In this document: piece after piece, positions 53,613 to 64,000 of the stretch
Position numbering within the stretch: position 1 is the first letter of the stretch
Layout: each line of letters starts with the position of its first letter
Origin: the human T2T-CHM13v2.0 reference genome, Homo sapiens
Length of the DNA: 64,000 nt
Direction: 5' to 3'
Assembly (NCBI GenBank): GCA_009914755.4
Contig: CP068257.2
Span: forward strand, 33,536,001 to 33,600,000
Position numbers and translations under genes: made by a program
The notes under the pieces: generated by a model
Databases searched by the model: none
Told to the model about the DNA's origin: nothing
The model's input: only the letters and a program-made list of their open reading frames with translations

Positions 53613-55225
53613 ACATGTTTAGGAAATGCCTGCCACCAGCAGTCTCCACATTAGGTTCCAACTATACCAAAGGAATCTGTGCCTTCCAAAACCTTCCCAG
53701 GGACAGAAACCACTCACAAGGGATGCCTCTGCCATTTCACCATGCGGGTGCCCACACCACCACAACACACTTCAATTTGTGAAAACACTTTTTCTTCCCT
53801 ATCAGAGTGAAATAGTGCATACCCTTGTGTGGCTCTGCAACTGAAAGAGACAAAAGGGAATCACACCGGGAAAATCACACATTCTGGAATAAAGAGGGAA
53901 ATGTAGAAACTGGGATCTTAAAGCCTCGGGGGAGAGGACCCTGGGGCCCGGGCTCTCTGGGCAGCACCCAGGCCTGGGGAGGAGCTGTTTCCAGTCGGTC
54001 TCCCTGCAGACCCTGAGTGCTGAGGGGAGGGTTGGCCTGTCTCCTTGGCCCCTGTGTGCCCAGCACCAGCATTTGTGCTGGGAACCTCCCAGGCACCACT
54101 CTGTGTTAAGGACGTGCCAGGAGAGACCTGGGAGGAGACGACCCCGGGGCTGGGTAGGTGTCCAGCTCCTTCCTGGTTATCTTCCACCCAGCACAGAGGA
54201 CATCCTGTAACTCAGTTGCTCCTCACAGGGTCACATTTAGCCTCCCACGGGCTCTGCCACTCACAGTGCTCCTGTCAGGAAGCGGGGTTTGTTCCCTGAG
54301 ATCGCCAGTCCGGGAGTCTCTCCAGGACCCCTGCGGGTGTCCGGGTGTGGCTTTGGCTGCCCTGTTCCCTGAGCCTGGTGTATCATCATGTGAGAACTGT
54401 TACTAGTTTCCATCTCAGGGAAAGGATAACCATGCCCCTAACACCCTGGCAGGACCAGATCTACCTTTCTGTCTAATATGACCCCTTCATCTGAGAGCTG
54501 GAACTTTCTGGAACCTTCTAGAGCCTTGTACAGGCTCTGGAGCCTACTGCGGACGCAGAACTAGTAATAGATTTGCTCAGTTCCTGCAGCTTTAGCTGTG
54601 GGGCACTCAGAAATTGCTGTGCTATGTGGGCTTAAATAATTTGAATAGACATGAATATATTTAATAAAAACAATCTGCTTTATCGAATTATTTCCATTTT
54701 TGTTCTCATTTATTTCCTTTAGCCCCAGATAATGTTAAAATAAACTACTGATGTATAATTAACTTTAGATGTTATAGTATCTTGAGCCAAGCTGATTTCG
54801 ACGACAGTGAAGAACATTTTGAAGTAGTTTTATGATTTTTCACAGCACAACAGATTTTTATAAGAAGAAAAAAAAGCTTTAAAAATGCTGGCAGTGTTGT
54901 TTAGCTCCTCCAACACAAGCACCCACCACAGTAAAGCCCACAAATTCACAGTGGGCTGAAAAGTGGTTTCTGGAACTCTTTTAAACCTTGGCTAACTTTC
55001 GGGGGCTCCCAAAGGACAAGATTACTTCATGTCAAAGCAAAAATTCTCCTGACTCTGTAAACAGCCCACGGTTCTGGGAAATATGAAAAACGTAGATCAA
55101 AAATGAAGTTGTGTTGTGTTTGGAGAGGCTTTCCGTGATCACGAACCCTCCGTCCCGTGGGATCCACACTACTCCCGGGTTTTTGAGGTCCTCCTCGTCC
55201 TCGGGGTCACTGTATCCCTCTTTAC

Positions 55226-55297
55226 CTTCTTCCTCAGAACACCCATTGCCAAATAGAAAACACCAATGATGATACTACTACCAGCCCAGAAGGCTGA
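55226..55297 (-). other. Candidate internal coding exon (minus strand): 24 open codons, S-A-F-W-A-G-S-S-I-I-I-G-V-F-Y-L-A-M-G-V-L-R-K-K, ending at a consensus 5' splice site (AAG|GTAAAG). Highly speculative.
   Basis: The minus-strand read of 55297..55226 is tca gcc ttc tgg gct ggt agt agt atc atc att ggt gtt ttc tat ttg gca atg ggt gtt ctg agg aag aag, immediately followed by gtaaagag (plus-strand coordinates 55225 downward). The peptide is a hydrophobic 19-residue stretch followed by R-K-K, typical of a transmembrane helix with a stop-transfer signal. An upstream AG (aatcag) could serve as acceptor, but its polypyrimidine tract is weak. Confidence 0.2.
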
Positions 55298-57853
55298 TTA
55301 AATCTGCATACCCTTCTTTGGAGCTTAAACCGTGCTGTGCATTTTCACGGTAAATAGTTTTGTGTTTTGTGGCATATATACAAACTTGGCAAGTAAAGAC
55401 AAAAGTCACCAAAGACCTCATTTCCCACTAGTTTTGTAACAAAAAGCCAAATTGATATTCTCTTTTCTCCTTCCTACCGCACAAACGATACTCCCTTCAT
55501 CTTATAGCATAGGTAAGTGTCAACACCCCTCTCACCAAGAATATTTTGTGGCTCAGCAAAAATCAAGTGAACTTAAAATATATTCTGATCCCACCAGGTA
55601 AGAAGAAAATGTTTAACATAACACAGTATTCCACCAGAATAAGCTGAGCTGGGGTTTTTTTCCCCGTCGTAGAATTCATGTTGGGAAGGTGGGTGTGAGT
55701 GATGATTCACTCACAAAGTGAGGCATGTGATAAAGAAAAGATTGTATCCTAGAATTTTAAACCTTATCTAATAAATTATCCAGACAAAGGGGCTCAGGGC
55801 TTTTTGGCAGGATCCTGTACTTCCATTAGAAGCCCAAAAAGCTCAAAGAAAAGAAACTACAGTGTATTCCATTCGTTCCTTTGGCAACTCGGATCTTCCC
55901 TTGTTTTAAACCAAACAAACATTCGCAAGGAAAACCAGCTGCTTTTACAATGAATAAACCCATTACCTCAACTCCTTTACTCAATACCATTACAGAGGTA
56001 TTTTTACTTGTCAGATTTTCTGTTTCAGAGAAGCTTGGATATTTTCAGTATGCTGTCAATACAGACAAAACAGAGCTGGTTTTAGCAACAGCACCAGATG
56101 TGTCTGAGGACATGGGCCTTCCTGGACCTCCAATTCCAAGGTTGGGTGGTAAGTTACAGCTGCTGTCAAAAATAGTAACAACAGGATTTGGCATCTTGAC
56201 ACAATGCTGCCTGGTAATGGCTAAGCTCACGGCACAGTAGCCAGTGGAGAGGAGGCTGCATGCACATGGAAGGGAGAATTAGGAGACCCTGGAGCGTAGA
56301 CTCAACCTGTGCGTCCAGAGCCAGCCCTGTTGTAATCTCCACCACAGCAAAGAAAACCAGTGCATGTTGCTTCAAGTACCCACTCATGTTTGACCCATAG
56401 CAGTCGGTAACATTAATTGTGCTGAGGGAGGCAAATGAACACTAACCAATCTAAAACAAGAGCAAAAGGGATTTTACCAAAGTATCAGCATTGGAGAACC
56501 TTCCCCTTCCCAAATCCAGTTTACCCCTCTTTTCTGGATAATTGGGTATCATGGATGCTCAGTGTGTCAGAGGGCCAGCGTGCTCCTGGAATCAATTGGA
56601 GACTTCTGTGACCCACAGGTCAGACAAGTCAGGTCTATAGGGTCTAACAAGAGAGTTTACTCAGTAGAGTAAAGGGAGCAATCTCCACTCAAAAATGAAC
56701 AAGTGGGGTTTACAGAAGTTAGACTGTCACAGAACCAGAGTTAGAAGCAGTTGCAGAGCCAGGACATCTTAAATGATCAGCAGTAGAAGTGAAGGTTAAA
56801 GTTTTAAAAATTATCTATACACCTAGCCACGTATGATTGCTTTCTGCAGCCCTGATCCCATTCAATCTAGGCTCCGTGTGGTCTAGGCTATGAAATGAGT
56901 ACAGCATTGGACTGTTTCTCGGTTGATCTTAGCTCAAACTCTTGTTAACTGAATGACCCCCTGAGCAGGTTTTTAAAATGCCTTGACCTTCACATTTCTC
57001 TTTTATAGAGTAGGGACAATCTGTCCCTTAGAGTTTGTTAATGCATGTAGTACACTTAGTGATGTAATATACTTACCACAATGTCAAACATATAGTCGAC
57101 ACTCAATAGATAATAGGTATGGTTATTATAAAGCAGTCAAAATGAGCCTTGTATTCAATAGTTCCCTGTAAGAAAAGCATGAAGTCTAACATGGCTTATA
57201 GGTCTTACCTCTCACCAGCTTTATCTAGCAACATTTTCGCCTCTGAAATCAACACTCCAGAGATGTTGTAAATTGTTCAGTGCCTTGAAATTCAGCATTT
57301 CTTCTAACTCCCAGGCCTTGGAACCTGTGCTGCCTTGCCTTGGAGCATGCTATCAACACCTCCCACTCATCCTTCACCTATCAGCTTAAGTGCCTTCCTC
57401 CACTTCAATGCTAAGCTGTGTCTCCCTGCCCCATTCTCTCTAGAGTGCCTATGCTGTTATACTCACTTGCCCAGTAGTGGCCTTCTCCATGTGACTCCAT
57501 GAAACCAGGAGCCATGTTTTGTTCATGTTGCTATTCCTAAACCTTAGCAGAGTTCTTATCCCACAGTAGGTATTCCACTAATACTTATTCAGTGGATAAA
57601 TAAATTACAAAACTATTTAGGGAACTCAAAATTACTGATAATTCTCAATCTAGGTGGCTCAATTCAGAAGGGAATAGAATTCAATAAGATAGAAATAGAA
57701 AGTGAATATACGATTCAGAAATGAATAGGATATAATCTGGTCTGCTCTAAAAGAATGGCTTTTGCAGAAAAAAATGGCTAGCTGACCCCTAACAGCTGTT
57801 CCCTTCTCCTTTCATAGTAATAGAAGTCTTAATTTTTAGCTGTGTCCATAGTC

Positions 57854-57889
57854 ACAAACAAACAAACAAACAAACAAACAAACAAAAAA
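57854..57889. repeat. (CAAA)n microsatellite
   Basis: Direct read: acaaacaaacaaacaaacaaacaaacaaacaaaaaac. Confidence 0.9.
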
Positions 57890-60800
57890 CTACACTTCCT
57901 AACATCGTTGCAGGTGTGACCAGATTTTGGAGAAGTTCTGACCAATGAAATGCAGGCTGAATGCTGCCTCTCTTCAATCCATTCTCTTCAAAATCCAGGC
58001 TATAAGTACCTAGTCAAAGCCATAAGCCCCCACCACTTACTAAATATGTGATGTGTAGTAGACTGGCACACTATGTTGAATGACAGCTAGAATGCACTCT
58101 TTTTATATCCTTTTCTTCTCTCTCTCTTTGATGCCTACAGTAAATATGTAAAGGCTGGAGCGTTGACTGCCAAACTGGATGTTGAGGAACGGGGTTATAT
58201 GTTAGTGCTGGCGAAGGGCAGAGCTGGATGAAGCCTGGATCCCTGAGTATTTTGGAAAATATAACCACCATACCAGCCCCTTGCTGCTTACCCTCTGACT
58301 TTTCATTTGCTTTACCAACTATTATTTTTATCCTCTGTTACTTGTAGTTCAGTTTCAAAGAAACCTCTTAATTACCAGGAATTGCATTGTGAAAACAATG
58401 ATGTATGTTTGAAAAAAGGACTTAAGAGAGTTTCAAAGTTATTTTTATTTCAAGATTTTCACAGTAGTATTTTAATAGCAATAATGTATTTTATTGATGT
58501 TAGCTAAAGATTTTTTAATCTCAAACATAAATGAGGAAATTATAAATATCATGAAAGACCAGACAAAAATCAATAGCGTTCTAGATTCTAATCACACAGA
58601 ATATTTTTCAACAGTCACTGGTGAGCAGAAGAAAATAATATCAACGGAGCAGCCAGTCTCTCCAGAAAGCAACTGTGTTTTCCAAGGCAGAGAACACAAC
58701 GACCTTTCTTCTTGTGTTTATGGTGGTATTTCTCAACCACAAGCCCATGATAACTGGGAACGATGTTCAAAATATTTATCAATCTGCACAATCTGGATGC
58801 CATCCAATCAGAACAGATGCTGGCTATAGAACAACTAGTATATCCATCCTGGCTCATGGCAACATGATTTCAGCCTAGGGATACCAATAGTAGCATGTGT
58901 ACGGAAATCACGTTTCTTAAATTATCAACCACATTTTGTCTAATTTATGGCATAACACCTGATAGAAATGCCTGTATCATATGCAAAATTAGAGGTTCAT
59001 AGAAGTAGTTCTTGTTTTTTGTGTGTGAGTTTCCTAATGAGTTGGTTTAGAAAAGAATGAGACCCAAAGGATCCTGCTGGAGAGATTTTTGGAAGGTGGA
59101 TGACTGGCTGTTTAGCATGTATTTTTCTTAACCATCGTTTGTGTTTGAGTGCTTGTATGCATACATGTGTGTATATACATGTACAAACAAAACATACAAA
59201 AGTAGTGTGACTGCAACTAGGAGTACATTGACACTGTGCCTGTGGCCAGCAATACTGTCTCCTTTCATTCCAGGAACAAGAAACTTCAGAGCCCCCAACA
59301 TACTAGACTTGCTTCTGGCATTCATGCCACAGGGCTCCTGGTGTCTCAAATACTATTTTTGATGTGCAGCTGTTGAGTTGAAACATCTGATAGTTTCTCT
59401 TCTCCAGACTGATTTGGTGCAAGATACCAGTAAATGATCATTTGTTTCAGTTCTTACAAGAGTCAAAAGACTAATATTAGATAATGGTTCCTCCCACACA
59501 TGGCCCTTTCCCTCTGACTTTTTGCCTGGAGGATCCCAGACCCTGAGAAACCACGCAAAGTCATTCTCAGACAGGCTTGGGCTTTAGCCACCAGATCTGT
59601 GGGGCTCCATCTGGCTTATAAAGTCTGTCCAAATGGGAGAATAGGAGCACCCGGTGTCACTCTCCCACACCCCTGTCAGTCCATGCTAAGTCCTTGCTAC
59701 AGTTGTACTCATTTCCTTTTGTTTTCTTCCCTGTGGATTTGGAGATTAATTGGCCATGATTCACTCAGACAGTCATTTGTGTACTTGAAGGCCATTAGTA
59801 AAATCCCCTCTCGGTTCAGAAGAAAAGAGGGTGATCAAAATATTTAACAACTGCTAAGACTGAAGAACTGTAAAGGCACCAGCATTATTGTCCAGTCAGA
59901 ATGGACTCTGGCCGTAGAGACTGAGCAGGTTCTTGGAGGCTCTTTGTTTAGAGACTTGGAGGATGAGGGAAGCAACCATTTGCCAGTTGGTCTGGGACAT
60001 ATTTCCTTCTCTTAATCATGGACAGATCTGTCCCAGTGTGTTTCTGTGGAGAATCCCCAGCCTCAGCCTTACTCCTTATAGTATATTATCAACCTTGCGA
60101 ATGTGATAATTCACGATTAGAACACTTTTCAAGACTAATAACCAGATTGCCAGTGTAGCCCTATTTGCCACAGCCAGATGACTTTCAGCCATATCTGGAG
60201 AATGATGTAAGACAATTTTTTTTTTAATCTCTCAAATTTTTAACATGTACTTATGAGACAGTATAGTAACACAATGACTATCCATGATTTAGGATAAACT
60301 GAACGTGATCGAAGTGAGTAGTGTGATATGGTTTGCTAAAAAGACCCCGATATAATCATAGCTTGTTCTAACAGAAGCGTGATGTCTTGTGCTACTCAAT
60401 GGTCAGTTGACATCTACCCTATGGGCTCTTGTTCTGGCCACCATACTTGTGGAGGAAGTGGTGCAGTAGAGCAGGTGAATGGTCCCAGTGATGCACCAGA
60501 GTGTGTGCCCATGGACAGGTGAATGGTCCCAGAAACATATCATATGAGAACAGGTTGAAGGTTTTTTCACTATGCATGTCATAAAAGGTGCCTGCATTTT
60601 GCATAGGGCCTTATTTGAAGAGGAAATAGGCTTATTCTGTGTTGTCCCAAAGGGACAAAATAGGACCAGTGAGTGGAAGGTAAAGAGAGGTAGAACTGGG
60701 GTCAACATAAGAAAGTGTCTATGGAAGGAGAATGAACTATTATAGTAATGTAAGTTCAAGGTGAGTGCAATTCAGTGTAAGAAACACCATGAGGCATCTA

Positions 60801-61591
60801 TTGTGCCCTGGTTACCGTGTGAGGTGTTGTTAACAGAAAGAAGAATGTGGTGGCTTCACTCTACTATGAAATACAGATGTGAGAAGAATTCATAAGAAAC
60901 ATCACATGTTCCCGAAGGGATGCTTTTATAAGATTCCAAAGACAGGTAGGGAGGAAGTGATTAGTTCAAGAAAGTGTTTATAAAAGAGTGAGTGACAGAT
61001 CTAGGTTTTGAAGAATAAATTCCTGTTTGATGAAGACAGACAGACAAGGGATGGACGAGTCTTCCAGGTTGAGGAATCAACATGTGGACAGTCCAGAGAG
61101 GTCCTTCAAGCAGTCTTGGAATTGGTTATTTCATTTGGGAGCGCAGGCTTCTAGTCTTCTGGGATAGTCTACATCCATAACAGGAGCTAGAATTTCAATG
61201 TCCTCATTATTTTTGAAGTATTTGCTTGCATGTCAGTATTTGTTTGGTTTTCCTCATTCAATGAATCTGTTCCTCCAGTGAGTCTGTAAGGGAATTATTT
61301 AGCAAAAGGTTTTCCAAGTTTAAGAATAGGAAAATGTTTAAATATGAGTATATTTAAATTGTTTTTTGTTTCAATGGATTTTTTTTTCAAGTTGGTCTCT
61401 TTTACTTTGCATAGGGAAGACCTTTTACTTTGATTAGCTTTGGTGACTTTGCTGCAACTTTAAAAATATATCCAGCATCCTAATCCTTGGAGGTTCAGAT
61501 TCTTGGAAGATAAACTGCAACTTTGCAAATGGCTAATGGTCTGGTGAAAAAGAAGGATGGTAAATTTATGGTAGTACTAGTTTTATTTAAA

Positions 61592-61614
61592 ATATATATA
61601 TATATATATATATA
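61592..61614. repeat. (TA)n microsatellite
   Basis: Direct read. Confidence 0.9.
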
Positions 61615-63388
61615 AAACCTAAAGAATTCAACACTCAACTGGGTATATCAAATCTTTAAGATTCCCTAAAATCAAGTTTAAAATTATTTTTATTGTATAT
61701 CCAAGCTTTGGGTTTCCTGGTCACCTTTTCGTTGAGCTATAACCAGAGAATGAAGATGAGTAGGACCTCAGAAGCAGAGAGAAGCAGACAAGTGGGTCAG
61801 GCCAGGTAGCAGTGTCAGGGGCAAAACTCTACTTCCACCAACCTCGGCATGTAGGAATGTTGTGGCAGTTTGTAGACCAGCCCTTCTTCTACCTACCATG
61901 AACCCACCAATCACCATAGCCAGTAAGGAGGGTCACCTTTGTGTCTCCTTAAATGTTTGTCACCACTGGATTTGAAAGGCACACTTGACAGTCTTGTGTC
62001 AAGTAAAAACTATTAAACACTTCCAAATCATAAGCTGATGGCTTCCAAAGAGCAAATAAATGTCCTAAAGTGATCACTATTTTTAATACCCAGCTTGACA
62101 GAAATGTCTGTTGAGCTTACTGCCAGGTGCCACATTATCACTTAACCAAAAATGTCTATATAAAAATAACTTCCCCCCATTGGAATGGTGGCCTGTATAC
62201 AGAGAAATCTATTTATGTTTCAGTTCAGTTTCAAACATCTTTGAAAAACAAGCTGAATGGATAGAACTGAAGCAATGTGCGCACCTCTGGAAAGATGCGG
62301 CAGATGTTACCTCTTGAATTGGTGGAAATAAAAATGACATTCCTCTCATTTAGGTTGTTTGGTGTTATGCTGACTTTTTAATATAATCTGAAGCAGAAGT
62401 GACTTAATGTCAACGACACTATTTCATGGTTATAAAACTTTTGGTTTGAGAAGTTGTTAGCCTATTTTTCTGCTTTCTGGATGTGGATGGCCCTTAGAAC
62501 AATCTCCCCTTAGAAGGGATGCATTGAGTGTGGAGAAGTGCCAGCCACTGGAACGGGCACGATGCATAGGTTGATTCCTTTAAGTTCCAAGGCAGCTTGA
62601 GGCAACTACCCAGAGCAGCTGAATTACAGGGTCCTGCAGGTCCATGTCTCTCTTCTAGGTGTTTACTTCCTCAGCCTTGGTAATGCTCAGTCCCTGGTTC
62701 CCAGTGTCCTCTAAACTTGCCCCTACAGTGGCACTCATCCTGTATTTCGATTACACCTTTCTCTTGGGGGGCCAGGACTGGGTCATGGCCTTAGGCAGCC
62801 ACAGAGAGGTCAGCCTGGACTAGGGTGAAAGCAAAAGGATTCTCAGAAATGGGACTTGAGCTCACCAGCAAGAATGTATAGAATTTCAAGCCAGGACAAT
62901 AGTGTGAAAAGGCTAGGATTAAGGGGTGGGGGACAAATGATGGTGCCTTTTCCTCAAGAAAAAAGGCATAGAATTGAAGGAGGTAATTATTTCCTCCTAA
63001 TGTGTCTCATTTTTCTGCTAGGCTTCTAATATCACACACAGAAAGTTGGAACATTTGAAGTTTCCTTTCTCCCAAAATAAAAAGCTGATTTTATTCATCG
63101 TAATAAATCTATTTACAGCTCATTCATAGGTATTGGTCACTTAATTGAAAACACTAGTATGCATTAAATATTGTTATATAGCCAAATAATTTTTAATTGT
63201 CTCAGCTACCAACTTGAAAAATATTTCATTTTCTATAATCTGAGTTAATTTAAATTGCTTTTGTGCTTCGATTGATACAAGTTTAACTTTTTTTCTCATT
63301 AAGAAACATTTTACTGAAGTCACCTTTTGAAGAATGTTTCCTTTTCTGAGGTACTAAATCTGTTGGCACTTGACACTACAGTTAGTAG

Positions 63389-63688
<300 letters not shown>

Positions 63689-64000
63689 AGTAGCAAATTT
63701 TGAGAGAAGGAAATTAAATAAAAGTGCATTCATTTTCTTTTAAGCAAAATCTCTAATGAGCTAGTGTAGGCTACATGAAAAGCTGCTTCTTGGCATTCAA
63801 AATGTTTAGAGACCAATGTCCTTACACCATGGATGTGCAGTCAAATGAAAGCTTCCTAGTATTCAAGTAAGTGCCTGCAGTTCTAAGCCAAGCTCTTGCA
63901 CTTACTGCTGGAAGAAAGGCGGATAGAAGAGGCTAATGTTACAAGCTGTTCTTCTCAAGGCTATTAACCTGTCTCCACCTTCTTCCTTGGACACAGAGCC

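Noticed and set aside
53880-54420. GC-rich segment as a CpG island or promoter
   Set aside because: The segment is high in G+C but contains very few CG dinucleotides. The supplied ORFs overlap on both strands, which fits composition-driven openness. It is kept only as context in the H-DNA finding.
55880-56240. 119-aa plus-strand ORF (MATRIFPCFKPNKHSQGKPAAFTMNKPITSTPLL...)
   Set aside because: It has no recognisable domain and no CpG retention, and it lies in AT-rich sequence with overlapping minus-strand ORFs. It is within the range of chance ORFs for 128 kb of six-frame space.
58494-58829. 111-aa plus-strand ORF (MMLAKDFLISNINEEIINIMKDQTKINSVLDSNHTEYFSTVTGEQKKIISTEQPVSPESNCVFQGREHNDLSSCVYGG...)
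   Set aside because: I see no homology by eye, no codon-position CpG pattern and no flanking splice or promoter signals. It is flagged only as worth a BLASTX if the 47-63 kb block proves to be a gene.

Overview
This 64-kb window looks like primate (human-like) nuclear DNA, not a prokaryotic locus, and I find no novel biological system in it. No CRISPR array is present, and no rRNA or tRNA is recognisable by eye. The sequence is AT-rich, CpG-depleted and mostly made of interspersed repeats. I count nine Alu SINEs, several with readable target-site duplications. I count six L1 LINE fragments, including a young twin-primed inverted copy and a 2.7-kb 5'-truncated copy with ORF2 relics. There are six MaLR-family LTRs of THE1, MST and MLT1 type, plus one MLT1 fragment pair. 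One THE1 solo LTR is nested inside an older MLT LTR with a CTGCT duplication. There are also hAT DNA-transposon relics (MER1- and MER3-like), MIR/L2 relics, an endogenous-retrovirus integrase relic and many microsatellites. None of the supplied six-frame ORFs looks like a real gene. The long ones are translations of repeats (L1 ORF2, ERV pol, Alu, GGAA/TTCC repeats) or GC-composition artifacts. The most interesting non-repeat signal is the last ~16 kb (about 47.1-63.4 kb). This block has no Alu, L1 or LTR insertions and retains many CpGs. It contains a CpG-dense 70-bp patch and a candidate minus-strand exon at about 55.0-55.3 kb, with a transmembrane-like peptide ending at a consensus splice donor. 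Repeat family names are from memory of consensus sequences and are approximate. All coordinates are by eye, roughly +/-5 bp.
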